A DNA stretch of 64,000 nucleotides from an uncultured delta proteobacterium (GCA_963707945.1 CAVPRM010000002.1:17819-81818); one strand, 5' to 3'; counted from the stretch's first letter, positions 40,125 to 50,757 are shown. A program made the numbers and translations. The notes: generated by a model from the sequence alone, not told the origin.

Positions 40125-41847
40125 ATGACGCGTGCCGAGGGGACTCCTGGCATCGCGACCATCGCCGCCGGCGCAGTGGTCGTCGCGGCACTCTACTTCG
40201 CCAAGGACTTCCTGCTGCCGCTCGCACTGGCGGGGCTATTCGCCTTCATGCTGGGTCCGCTGGTGCGCCGGCTCGAAGCCGCGCACGTGCCGCGCGTGCT
40301 CTCGGTCATAGCGATTGCGGTCGCGCTGCTCTCGGCCCTCGCGCTGATCGGCTGGTTCCTCTCGAACGAGGTCACGAGCCTCGTCGCGAGCCTCCCGGAT
40401 TTTCGCGCGAACCTGGTCGAGAAGCTGCGCGCTCTGCGCGGGCCGCTGCGCTCGCTGGCCGACGCGCTGGGCTGGATCGACCGGCTCAGCAAGGAGATCG
40501 ACCCCGCGGCCGCGCACGGTCAGGCGCCCAAGGTCGAGATCGTGGAGTCGCCGACGGCGATGGGCGCGCTCGGTCGCTTCGTGACGCCGCTGCTCGACGT
40601 GCTCGGAACGGCGGGCATCGTGGCCGTGCTCGCGATCTTCATCCTCGTGCAGAGCGATCTTCCCAAGCGGATCTCCGCGCTGTTCGCGCTGCGCGGCTCG
40701 CGCATCTCGCCGCGCGCGCTCGAGGAGGCGGGTCAGCTCGTCAGCGGCTTCCTGGTGCGCCAGGCCATCGTCTGCGCGACTGCAGGGCGTGATCGTGACG
40801 ATCGGCCTCGCGCTGATCGGCGTGCCCGGCGCGCTGCTCTTCGGCTCGCTATCGGCGCTGCTGCGCTCGATCCCTTACTTCGGACCGACGACCGCTGCGG
40901 CGCTCCCCATCCTGTTCTGTCTGGCCGCGTTCCCGGGCTTCGAGATGGCGCTCTGGACCGCCGGCTTCTTCGTCTGCCTGGAGCTCTTCACGAACAACGT
41001 GCTCGATCCGCGCGTCCTGGGGCAGGGCGCCGGCCTGTCGCCGTTTGGTGTCATCCTCTCGGCCACGTTCTGGGCGTGGCTCTGGGGCCCCGTGGGTCTG
41101 TTCGTCGCGATTCCGCTCACGGCTTGCTTGACGGTGGTCGGACGCTACGTGCCGCAACTCGCGTTCGTCCCAGCGCTCCTGGCGCATGATCTGGTGGTGC
41201 CGCCGGCGACCCAGCTCTACGAGCGACTGGTCGCGCGCGAGTCCGAGGACGCGGCGACCTTGCTGCGCCACGCAGTGAAGGACGGCGACCTCGTAGAGCT
41301 CTCGGACGCATTGGTGCTGCCGATGCTGGTCACGCTCGCGGCCGAGCGCGAGGCCGGCCGCTGTACCCGCGCGGACCAGTTGCGTTGTCTGCACCTGTTG
41401 CGCGACTTGCTGGCCGAGCTCGTCGGAGCCGTGCCAGTCCCGGCGAACGGCGCAGCCACCCGGACACTTTCGGTGGAAGAGCTCCGAGGCAGCCTCGTCG
41501 ATCGCTTCGCGCGTGATTGGGTCGCGACGGTCCTCGAGAGATCCGGCTTCGCCGTGGTGACGAGCCCGGAAGTCGCGCCGCTGGTCGTCTTCACCGTGGT
41601 CGGCGCTCGCAGCGTCGAGGACGCACTCCACTCGGCGCGAACCGCCGCGCGGGTCCGTGACCGCGAAGGAGTCGTGATCGCCGCCGTCGGAGATCAGGAC
41701 GGGGTCCAGCGCATCGGCTCGCTAGCGGTCGTGCGCTCGTGCGCAGCGTTGCTCGCCGCGCTCGCGCCTGCGCCGATCGCGCGCAGCGAGCGCCCGAGCG
41801 ACACGTTCGAGGCGGCGGTCGTCGAGCAACGCGCGGCCGCGTCCTGA
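40125..41847 (+). CDS. AI-2E/PerM family transporter with C-terminal soluble extension (frameshift near 40785)
   Basis: LLPLALA..F, LRSIPYFG, FWAWLWGPVGL..AIPLT. Confidence 0.88.
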
Positions 41848-41890
41848 CGATTCTGCAATTCGCGAGAGACTTCCCAAGGAAGGAGAACCG

Positions 41891-42166
41891 ATGCCACGGA
41901 AACCAGAACGCCCCTTGGGCGACGAGGATTTCGACGAGCAGGGCGAAGACTGGCGCGAGCCCGTCGAGGCCGAGACGCCGTCCAAGGTGACGCAGAAAGG
42001 TGACGCCCCACACAAACCAGAGCCCGACGATGAGCTCGACGCCGTGGACGAGGCGTCCCGAGAGTCCATGGACGCGAGCGATCCGCCCGCGCGCAGCGCC
42101 GTAACGCGCACGGGCGACCCCAAGCGCCCATCTGATCCTCGGCCGCGCGACCCCTTCGCGCGCTGA
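41891..42166 (+). CDS. Small acidic, probably disordered hypothetical protein
   Basis: Strong AAGGAG RBS; VDEASRESMDASDPP motif. Confidence 0.7.
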   Translation: MPRKPERPLGDEDFDEQGEDWREPVEAETPSKVTQKGDAPHKPEPDDELDAVDEASRESMDASDPPARSAVTRTGDPKRPSDPRPRDPFAR

Positions 42167-42167
42167 G

Positions 42168-42183
42168 TGGCACGGCCCTTGCT
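42168..42183 (+). promoter_or_regulatory. sigma54 -24/-12 promoter (osmY-like gene)
   Basis: TGGCACGGCCCTTGCT, near-consensus. Confidence 0.8.
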
Positions 42184-42226
42184 CTATCACCCTGCGCGCG
42201 TCGCCATGACGCCACAGGAGACACAG

Positions 42227-43297
42227 ATGAGTTCTTCGAGCACCAGAATCCAGCTTCGCGTCGCGGCTGCCGCGCTCGCGCTGGCGCTCTTTTCCGTGGG
42301 CCCGAGTCGGGCTGCAACGGAAGCGCCCGACGCATGGATCACGACCAAGGTGAAGATGGCGCTGCTGACCGCCGAAAACGTACCGGTCACGGCAATCAAC
42401 GTCGACACGGTGGACGGGCGCGTGACGCTGCACGGTGTCGTCGCAACCGACGCGGAGAAGGCGAATGCCGAGACCGCGGCGCGGTCGATCGACGGCGTGA
42501 GCACAGTGCAGAATTTGCTCCAGGTCGTTCCCGCCAGCCGCAAGGAAGCGGTGAAGGTGGCCGACGCCCAGCTGCAGAAGAACGTCGAAGCCGTGCTGAC
42601 GCGCGACGCGGCGCTCGAGGACAGCTCGGTGAAGGTGGCCTCGGTGCACGACGGCGTCGTGCTGCTCTCGGGCAAGACCACGACCTTGTCCGGCCACCGG
42701 CGTGCGCTCGAAGACGCGCGCGCGGTGCCCGGCGTGAAGCGCGTGTCGAGCGAGATCCAGAGCCCCGATCGACTCGGCGACGCCGAGATCTCGGCCAGCG
42801 GGCCGATCGCGAAGGACGCGTCGATGAAGTCCGCCGCCTATGACGCCTGGATCACCACGGACGCCAAGGCGCGCCTGCTCGCGACGGCCGACGTGCCTGC
42901 GCTCGAGGTGAACGTCGACACCAACCGCGGCGTGGTCACGCTGTTCGGTACGGTTCCGACCGAGACTGCCAAGCGCGCCGCCGAAGCCGAGGTGAAGAAG
43001 ATCGACGGAGTGAAGGCCGTCCAGAACGAGCTGCAGATCGTCTCGAAGTCGATGGCCAAGGCCGTCGAAGCCAAGGACGACGACATCCGCAAGGACGTCG
43101 ACGCGCGCCTCGAGGCCCGGCCCGAGCTGAAGGACGCGAGCATCGACAGCCAGGTCGAGAAGGGCGTCGTGCGCCTGACCGGCTCGGTCACGAGCCAGTC
43201 CGACCGCCTGCTCGCGCTGACCACCACCCGCGCCACCCCCGGTGTCCGCTCGGTGATCGACGCTCTGAAGGTGACCGCGGCCGTCAGCTCCCGGTAG
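42227..43297 (+). CDS. OsmY-like periplasmic protein with four BON domains
   Basis: Signal peptide; DAWITT..K and NVDT..G.VTL.G repeats. Confidence 0.9.
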   Translation: MSSSSTRIQLRVAAAALALALFSVGPSRAATEAPDAWITTKVKMALLTAENVPVTAINVDTVDGRVTLHGVVATDAEKANAETAARSIDGVSTVQNLLQVVPASRKEAVKVADAQLQKNVEAVLTRDAALEDSSVKVASVHDGVVLLSGKTTTLSGHRRALEDARAVPGVKRVSSEIQSPDRLGDAEISASGPIAKDASMKSAAYDAWITTDAKARLLATADVPALEVNVDTNRGVVTLFGTVPTETAKRAAEAEVKKIDGVKAVQNELQIVSKSMAKAVEAKDDDIRKDVDARLEARPELKDASIDSQVEKGVVRLTGSVTSQSDRLLALTTTRATPGVRSVIDALKVTAAVSSR

Positions 43298-43356
43298 CTG
43301 CCGGTCCGTTTCGTTCCCCGCAACCCCCCCATCCGCAACCCGACCCCCGCAGCAAC

Positions 43357-43395
43357 GTAGTGCCCGAGAGAGCTTCCCCCTCTCTCGGGCACTAC
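43357..43395. terminator. Perfect 16-bp hairpin after the osmY-like gene (terminator or REP-like)
   Basis: GTAGTGCCCGAGAGAG-7 nt-CTCTCTCGGGCACTAC followed by ACCTTT. Confidence 0.65.
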
Positions 43396-43446
43396 ACCTT
43401 TAAGGCTCGGGCGCTTCGGATCGGCTCCGTTTATCATGCCGGCGCC

Positions 43447-44340
43447 GTGAACAACCTCGAGGCGCTCGAAGCGGAGGCGATCTTCATCCTGCGGGAGGTG
43501 GTCGCCGAGTTCCGCAACCCGGTCATGCTCTACTCGATCGGGAAGGACTCGGGGGTGCTCGCGCACCTTGCCCGCAAGGCGTTCGCGCCGGGCAAGCCGC
43601 CGTTCCCGCTGCTGCACGTCGACACGACCTGGAAGTTCCAGGACATGTACGCGTTCCGCGAGCGGTTCGCGCGCGAGTACGGCTTCGAGCTCATCGTCTG
43701 GACCAATCCCGAGGGCAAGGCCAAGAACGTGAACCCGTTCGACTACGGCTCGAGCGTGTACACGAACATCATGAAGACCCAGGGCCTGATCCAGGCGCTC
43801 GAGAAGTACGGCTTCGACGCCGCCTTCGGCGGCGCGCGCCGCGACGAGGAGAAGGCCAGAGCCAAGGAGCGCGTGTACTCCTTTCGGGACCGCAACCACC
43901 AGTGGGACCCGAAGAACCAGCGCCCCGAGCTCTGGAACCTGTACAACGCGCGGGTCCACAAGGGCGAGTCGATCCGCGTCTTCCCGCTCTCGAACTGGAC
44001 CGAGCTCGACATCTGGCTCTACATCCACCGCGAGGGGATCCCGGTCGTGCCGCTCTACTTCGCCAAGGAGCGGCCGATCGTCGAGCGCGACGGCAACCTG
44101 ATCATGGTCGACGACGAGCGCATGCGGCTCAAGCCCGGCGAGAAGCCGGAGCTGCGCAAGGTCCGCTTCCGCACGCTCGGCTGCTACCCGCTCTCGGGCG
44201 CGATCGAGTCCGACGCCGACTCGCTGCCCGCCGTGATCCGCGAGATGCTGCTCGCGCGCGTCTCGGAGCGGCAGGGCCGCGTGATCGACTACGACGAGGA
44301 AGCGTCGATGGAGAAGAAGAAGCGCGAGGGGTACTTCTAG
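43447..44340 (+). CDS. cysD: Sulfate adenylyltransferase subunit 2
   Basis: [41 protein letters not shown]. Confidence 0.97.
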   Translation: MNNLEALEAEAIFILREVVAEFRNPVMLYSIGKDSGVLAHLARKAFAPGKPPFPLLHVDTTWKFQDMYAFRERFAREYGFELIVWTNPEGKAKNVNPFDYGSSVYTNIMKTQGLIQALEKYGFDAAFGGARRDEEKARAKERVYSFRDRNHQWDPKNQRPELWNLYNARVHKGESIRVFPLSNWTELDIWLYIHREGIPVVPLYFAKERPIVERDGNLIMVDDERMRLKPGEKPELRKVRFRTLGCYPLSGAIESDADSLPAVIREMLLARVSERQGRVIDYDEEASMEKKKREGYF

Positions 44341-44342
44341 CG

Positions 44343-46274
44343 ATGCTGGAGACCCTGGCGCTGCGCGACGTCGAGGCCTACCTCGACCGGCACGAGAACA
44401 AGGAGCTCCTGCGGCTCCTGACCTGCGGCTCCGTCGACGACGGCAAGAGCACGCTGATCGGGCGGCTGCTGCACGACTCGAAGCTGATCTACGAGGACCA
44501 GCTCGCGGCGGTCGCGCGCGACAGCAAGAAGGAAGGGCACGACCGGCGGCGAGATCGACCTGGCGCTGCTGCTCGACGGGCTCAAGGCCGAGCGCGAGCA
44601 GGGCATCACGATCGACGTCGCCTACCGCTACTTCTCGACCGAGAAGCGCAAGTTCATCATCGCCGACTGCCCGGGCCACGAGCAGTACACGCGCAACATG
44701 GCGACCGGCGCGTCGACCGCCGACCTGGCCGTGATCCTGATCGACGCGCGCAAGGGCGTGCTGCCGCAGACCCGCCGGCACAGCTTCATCGTCGCGCTGC
44801 TCGGCATGCGCCACGTGGTGGTCGCGGTCAACAAGATGGACCTCGTCGACTGGTCGCAGGACGTCTTCGACCGGATCCGAGCCGACTACGAGGCGTTCGC
44901 GAGCCGGCTCGATCTGCCCGACATCCACTTCCTCCCGCTGTGCGCGCGCTACGGCGACAACGTGGTCGAGCGCAGCGCGAAGCTGCCCTGGTATCACGGC
45001 GCGCCGCTTGCTCGATCACCTGGAGAACGTGCACGTCGCGTCGGACAGCGCGCTCGCCGATCTGCGCTTCCCGGTGCAGTGGGTGAGCCGGCCCGAACCT
45101 CGACTTCCGCGGCTACGCCGGCACGGTCGCGGCCGGCCGGCTGCGCCCCGGCGACCCGGTGCAGGTGGTGCCCGCGGGCAAGACGAGCCGCGTGCAGCGC
45201 ATCACCACCGCCGACGGCGATCTCGCCGAGGCGAGCGCCCCGATGGCGGTGACGGTGACCCTGGCCGACGAGATCGACGTCTCGCGCGGCGAGATGCTGG
45301 TGACCCCGGGCAGCCTGCCGCGCATCGAGCGCGACTTCGAGGCGATGCTGGTGTGGATGAGCGAGGAGCCGCTCGCCGTGGGCCGCCAGTACTTCGTGAA
45401 GCACACCCACAACCTGGTCGCGGGCTCGATCGCGCAGGTGCGCTACGCGGTCGACGTGAACACGCTCGAGCAGAAGCCGGCGGCCGGGCTCGCGCTGAAC
45501 GAGGTCGGCCGCGTGCAGGTCTCCCTGTCGCGCGCGGTTCCCTTCGACGCGTACGCGCGCAACCGCACCACGGGCGCGTTCGTCGTGATCGACCGGGTCA
45601 CGAACGGCACCGTCGGCGCGGGCATGATCGTTCAGCGCCAGTCGGGGCCCGAGCGCGGCCGCTCGTTCTGGGAGACGGAGCCCGCCAGCGATCTGCTCCG
45701 GCGCAAGACGAGTCCGGTGTCCGCGGAGGAGCGCGCTGACCGCCTGGGCCAGCGCCCCGCGACCCTGCTGCTCACTGGCCTCACCGGCGCGGGCAAGTCG
45801 ACCCTGGCCTACGCGCTCGAGCGGCGGCTCTTCGACGCGGGCCGCGAGGTGATGGTGCTCGACGGCGAGAACCTGCGACTCGGCATCAGCCGCGACCTCG
45901 GCTTCAGCTCGGTCGAGCGCTCCGAGAACGTGCGCCGCGGTGCCGAGGTCGCGAGGTTGGCGAACCAGGCGGGGCTGCTGTGCGTCTGCTCGTTCCTCGC
46001 TCCGAGCCACGACGTGCGCGAGCGGATGCGCGAGATGATCGGCGCCGAGCAGTACCTCGAGGTCTACCTCTCCGCGCCGCTCGAGGTCTGCCGCGCGCGG
46101 TCGCCCGAGCTGTACCGGCGCGCCGAGGCCGGCGAGATCCCGCAGCTCCCGGGCGTGTCGGCGCCGTACGACGTGCCGGCCGCGCCGGACCTGGTCCTGC
46201 CCACGCACGAGATCGACGTGGAGACCTGCGTGGACCGGGTCGTCCAGCTGCTGGAGCGCAAGGGCCGGATTTAG
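44343..46274 (+). CDS. cysNC: Bifunctional sulfate adenylyltransferase subunit 1 / APS kinase (frameshifted)
   Basis: [42 protein letters not shown]; C-terminal [10 protein letters not shown] kinase. Confidence 0.93.
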
Positions 46275-47629
46275 GTCTTCGCGCCCAGCACCTGGTTCAG
46301 GATCCGCTCCGGGTCGTCCCAGCCGGTCTCGTCCTGCAGCTCGCGGCAGCGCTCGAGGATCTGGCCGAACTCGACCCCCGGAGTGAGCCCGCGCGCGATC
46401 AGGTGGCGGCCGAGGACGACGTCGCGCGGCGCGTGGTGCTCGATGGCGAGATCTCGGGCCTTCGCGAGGAACTCGTCGCCCGCGGGAAACTGCTTCTGGA
46501 GGGCTTCCTGGGTCGTGCGGCCGAAGTGGTCGGCGCGCGCGACCCGCACCAGGAGCTCGACCGACGCGCCGGCCGCGTCGAGCTTGCGGGCGAGCCGGCG
46601 GTAGCCCTTCGCGGTCGCGCCGTTCTTCACGAACAGCGCGGGGGCCAGGTGGTGCTCGACCATCGCCGAGACCCGCGCGACCAGCTCGGTCGGCGCGCGC
46701 ATGCGCTCGAGGAAGGCGGCCGCGAGCGGAACGCCGCGCACGTCGTGGCTCGGCGAGCGCACACGCCCGTTCTCGGCAACGGTGGTCGGCGGCTTGCCCA
46801 CGTCGTGGAGCAGGGCGCCGAACATCAGCACCGGATCGTCCGGCCCGCCGTCGCGCAGCCGCGCCGCCTCGTCGATCACCATCTGGTTGTGCACCCAGCA
46901 GTCGCCCTCGGGGTGCCACTCCGGGTCCTGGGGTACACCGACCAGTGCCAGGAGCTCCGGAAAGAAGCGCAGCAGGTCCGTCTCGCGCAGGAACTCGAGC
47001 CCGCGCGACGGGCGCACACCCTTCAAGAGGAGCTTCCGCCACTCCTCGAGCACGCGTTCGCCCGAGAGCTCGGAGAGATCCAACGCGCGGCAAAGCTCGC
47101 GAAGCGCGGAATCCACGCGCATCTCGAAGCGCGCCGCGAACTGCGCGACGCGCAGGCCGCGCAGCGGGTCCTCGGAGAAGTGGGCGGGGTCGGTCGCGCG
47201 CAGCAGGCCGCGCTCCAGGTCCGCGCGGCCGCCGTGGGGGTCGAGGATCTCCTCGGTCAGCGGGTCGAGGCCGATGCTGTTGATGGTGAGGTCGCGGCGG
47301 CGCGCGGCCTCGGCGAAGTCGAGGCCGGGATCGAACGCGATCTCGAAACCCTTGTGCCCGGCGCCCACCTTGCTGTCGCGCCGCGGCAGCGAGAAGTCGA
47401 TCGCGACCCCCTTGATCTGCAGCACGCCGAAGGCGCGCCCGATCGCGATCACCTCGCCGAAGCGTCCGAGCGCCGCCTCGAGCGCGGGCAGGTCGAGGCC
47501 GAACACCTCGACGTCCTGGTCCTTCGACTCCTGGCCGAGCAGCCGGTCGCGCACGCAGCCGCCCACCAGCAACGCCCGCCCGCCCGCCGAGCGGATGGCG
47601 CGCGCGATCTCGACGACCTTCGGATCCAC
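46271..47629 (-). CDS. tRNA nucleotidyltransferase / poly(A) polymerase family with HD domain
   Basis: VGGCVRD, RRDLTIN, EDPLR, HPEGD, LLHDVGK. Confidence 0.9.
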   Translation of the reverse strand: MDPKVVEIARAIRSAGGRALLVGGCVRDRLLGQESKDQDVEVFGLDLPALEAALGRFGEVIAIGRAFGVLQIKGVAIDFSLPRRDSKVGAGHKGFEIAFDPGLDFAEAARRRDLTINSIGLDPLTEEILDPHGGRADLERGLLRATDPAHFSEDPLRGLRVAQFAARFEMRVDSALRELCRALDLSELSGERVLEEWRKLLLKGVRPSRGLEFLRETDLLRFFPELLALVGVPQDPEWHPEGDCWVHNQMVIDEAARLRDGGPDDPVLMFGALLHDVGKPPTTVAENGRVRSPSHDVRGVPLAAAFLERMRAPTELVARVSAMVEHHLAPALFVKNGATAKGYRRLARKLDAAGASVELLVRVARADHFGRTTQEALQKQFPAGDEFLAKARDLAIEHHAPRDVVLGRHLIARGLTPGVEFGQILERCRELQDETGWDDPERILNQVLGAKT

Positions 47630-47640
47630 CGGAACCGGAC

Positions 47641-48687
47641 TCAGCCGCCGATCCGGAACATCTCGACCCGCTCGCGCTCGGCCGCGTCGGCCTGCTCCGC
47701 GCGCTCCTCGGAGTAGCGGTCCTCGCGCGCGCGCCAGATCCCCGCGATCCGCTGGGCCAGCTGCTCGTCCGACTCGCCCGCGCGGAGCGGCGTCTTCAGG
47801 TCGGCGCCGCGGGTCGCGAACAGGCAGGTGTACAGGTGCCCGTCGGCGGAGAGCCGCGCGCGCGTGCAGTCGCCGCAGAACGGCTGCGTGACCGACGCGA
47901 TGATGCCGATCTCGCCCTGGCCGTCGCGGTAGCGGTAGCGGCGCGCGACCTCGCCGCGGTAGCTCGGCTCGAGCGGCTCGAGCGGGAACTGCGCCTCGAT
48001 GCGGTCGCGGATCGCGCGGGCGTCGAGCACCTCGCCGCGGTTCCAGTGGTTCAAGGTGCCGACGTCCATGAACTCGATGAAGCGCACGATCGCGCCGGTG
48101 CCGCGGAAGCGGCGCGCGAGCTCGACGAGCGTGTGGTCGTTCACGCCGCGCTGCACCACGCAGTTGAGCTTCAGGGGCGCGAGCCCGGCGCGCTGCGCGG
48201 CGGCGATCCCCGCCACGACGCGCTCGACCGGGAAGTCGCGTCCGTTCATGCGCCGGAACACCGCGTCGTCGAGCGAGTCGAGGCTCACGGTCACGCGGCG
48301 CAGGCCGGCGTCGGCGAGCGGCTGGGCTTGCTCCTCGAGCAGGTAGCCGTTCGTGGTGAGCGCGAGGTCCGGCGAGCCGGGCAGGGCGGCCAGGCGCGCG
48401 ACCAGGCCGGGGAGCTGCGCGCGGAGCAGCGGCTCGCCGCCAGTCAGGCGCAGCTTGCTCACGCCCAGGCCCGTGAAGATGCGCGCGAGCCGCTCGATCT
48501 CCTCGAACGACAGGATCTCCTGGCGGGGCAGGAACGCGTACTTCTCGCCGTAGATCTCGGCCGGCATGCAGTACGGGCACCGGAAGTTGCAGCGGTCGGT
48601 GACGGAGATGCGCAGGTCGTGCAGCGGCCGCCGCAGCCGATCGGTCGCGCTGGACTGCGCGAGGGGGAGCTCGAAGAACGGGGCCAT
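47641..48687 (-). CDS. moaA: GTP 3',8-cyclase
   Basis: LRISVTDRCNFRCPYC, TGGEP, FCGDC.R, C-terminal IGG. Confidence 0.97.
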   Translation of the reverse strand: MAPFFELPLAQSSATDRLRRPLHDLRISVTDRCNFRCPYCMPAEIYGEKYAFLPRQEILSFEEIERLARIFTGLGVSKLRLTGGEPLLRAQLPGLVARLAALPGSPDLALTTNGYLLEEQAQPLADAGLRRVTVSLDSLDDAVFRRMNGRDFPVERVVAGIAAAQRAGLAPLKLNCVVQRGVNDHTLVELARRFRGTGAIVRFIEFMDVGTLNHWNRGEVLDARAIRDRIEAQFPLEPLEPSYRGEVARRYRYRDGQGEIGIIASVTQPFCGDCTRARLSADGHLYTCLFATRGADLKTPLRAGESDEQLAQRIAGIWRAREDRYSEERAEQADAAERERVEMFRIGG

Positions 48688-48765
48688 CTCTCCGGGGCGA
48701 GCGTAGCACAGGGCCGACGCAGTCCGGCTCGCGAACAGGCTCCGGCTGCGGCACCTCTTGGGTGA

Positions 48766-50757
48766 GTGCAGAGGCACAAGTGGCTCCTCGTGTTCGGCTG
48801 CGCCCTGGCGCTGCGGCTCGCCTATCTGGCCGAGCTGCACGGGAGCCTGCTCTTCACGACACCGCTCGGTGACGCGCGCGCCTATCTCGAGTGGGCGCGC
48901 GCGATCGCGGCCGGCGACTGGCTGGGGCACGACGTCTTCTACCAGGCGCCGCTGTACCCGTACTTCCTGGCGGCCGTCCTCTCGCTGACCGGTTCCGAGC
49001 TGTGGGCGCCGCGGCTGGTCCAGGCGCTGGGCGGGGCGCTCGCTTGCGTGCTGCTGGGCCGGGCGGCCGAGCGCTTCTTCCGGCCCGCGGTCGGGCTCGC
49101 CGCGGGGATCGGCCTCGCGGTGTACGGGCCCGCGGTCTACTTCGACGGCCTGATCCAGAAGCCTGCGCTCGACGCGCTGCTGGTGTCGGCGCTGCTGTTC
49201 GCCCTTTCGGGCGCCGTGTCGCCGGTCGGCGTCGGCCGGGCCGTGGCGGCCGGCGTCCTCCTCGGGCTGCTCGGCCTTTCGCGCGAGAACGCGCTCGCGC
49301 TCGCGCCCGTGGTCGCGGTGTGGCTCGCGACCCTGCCGGGCCCGATGGCGGTGGGGCGCCGCGCCGCGGCGGTGGCGGCGCTCGCCCTCGGAATCGCGCT
49401 GGTGCTGATCCCGGTCGGCGTTCGCAACGCGGCGCTCGGCGGGCGCTTCCTGCTGACCACGGCGCAGCTAGGGCCCAATCTCTGGATCGGCAACCACCCG
49501 GGCGCGAGCGGCCGCTACGAGCCGCTGCGGCCCGGTCGCGGCAGCGCGCGCTTCGAGCGCGAGGACGCGCGCGCTCTCGCCGAAGCGGCGGAGGGCCGGG
49601 CGCTCTCGCCCGCCGAGGTCTCGGACTACTGGCGCGACCGCGCGCTCGGCTTCGCGCGCGAGAATCCCGCCGAGTGGCTCCGCCTGCTCGGCTACAAGGG
49701 AATGTTGACCTGGAATGCGCGCGAGCTGCCCGACACGGAGGGCATCCAGGCGTACGCGCAGGAGTCCTGGCTGCTGCGCGCGCTGTGCTGGCCGTTCCAC
49801 TTCGGTGTGTTGGCGCCGCTCGCGCTGGTGGGCATGGTCGCGGAGCGCCGGGCCTGGCGGCGGCTCTGGCTCCTGCCGGCGCTGGCGCTCGCGCTCGCCG
49901 CGAGCGTCGCCGCGTTCTACGTGTTCGCGCGCTACCGGTATCCGCTCGTGCCGGTGCTGATGCCGCTCGCCGCGGCGGGTGCGCTCGGGCTCCACGGCGC
50001 GGTGCGCACGCGGGCATGGCCGGCGCTCGCGCCGCTCGCCGTGGCCGGCCTCGTGGCGGCGGTCGCCGTGAACTGGCCGCTCGGGCGCGCCGAGAGCCCC
50101 GGGCTCACGCACTACGGAACCGGGGCCGCGCTCCTGGAAGCGGGCCGGCTCGCGGAGGCCCAGACCGAGCTCGAGCGCGCCGTCGCAGACCTTCCCGGAT
50201 TCGCGCCCGCGCAGTCGCGGCTCGGCGACGTGCTGCGCAAGCGCGGCGAGCCGGCGCGCGCGCTCGCCGCCTACGAGCGCGCGCTCGCGCTCGACCCGCA
50301 GCTAGCCGACGCGCACGCGGGCCGCGGGATCGCGCTCGAGGCGCTCGGCCGCGCGAGCGACGCGGAGGCCGAGTACGGCCGCGCGCTCGCGCTCGACCCG
50401 AACCACCCCGACGCGAACAACAACCTGGCGAACCAGCGGATGCAAGGCGAGCGGTACGGCGAAGCGGTGAACCTGTACCAGCGCGCCCGGGCCGCGCGCC
50501 CCGACGATCCCGACATCGCCGCGAATCTAGGTGCGGCTCTCGTCCGCACCGGCGATTTCCAGGGAGCGCTCGCGATGTTCGACGCGGCGCTCGCGCTCGA
50601 CCCGCACCACGCGTCCGCGCAGTACAACCGCGCGCTCACGCTCGCGGCGTTCGGCCGGCGCGACGAGGCGCGCGCCGGGCTCCAGCAGCTCCTCGCCCAG
50701 CAGCCGCCCGACTCGGCCTGGGCCCGCAGGGCCCGCGAGGCGCTCGCCGCCCTGTAA
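48766..50757 (+). CDS. GT-C (PMT/ArnT-like) membrane glycosyltransferase with C-terminal TPRs
   Basis: D..Y..WA, FYQAPLYPYFLA, NLWIGN, RYRYP; TPR repeats. Confidence 0.8.
   Translation: MQRHKWLLVFGCALALRLAYLAELHGSLLFTTPLGDARAYLEWARAIAAGDWLGHDVFYQAPLYPYFLAAVLSLTGSELWAPRLVQALGGALACVLLGRAAERFFRPAVGLAAGIGLAVYGPAVYFDGLIQKPALDALLVSALLFALSGAVSPVGVGRAVAAGVLLGLLGLSRENALALAPVVAVWLATLPGPMAVGRRAAAVAALALGIALVLIPVGVRNAALGGRFLLTTAQLGPNLWIGNHPGASGRYEPLRPGRGSARFEREDARALAEAAEGRALSPAEVSDYWRDRALGFARENPAEWLRLLGYKGMLTWNARELPDTEGIQAYAQESWLLRALCWPFHFGVLAPLALVGMVAERRAWRRLWLLPALALALAASVAAFYVFARYRYPLVPVLMPLAAAGALGLHGAVRTRAWPALAPLAVAGLVAAVAVNWPLGRAESPGLTHYGTGAALLEAGRLAEAQTELERAVADLPGFAPAQSRLGDVLRKRGEPARALAAYERALALDPQLADAHAGRGIALEALGRASDAEAEYGRALALDPNHPDANNNLANQRMQGERYGEAVNLYQRARAARPDDPDIAANLGAALVRTGDFQGALAMFDAALALDPHHASAQYNRALTLAAFGRRDEARAGLQQLLAQQPPDSAWARRAREALAAL

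Noticed and set aside
44343-46274. Programmed frameshifting in cysNC (also wzc, glgX, AI-2E, ispH)
   Set aside because: No slippery heptamers or consistent signals noticed; several shifts per gene
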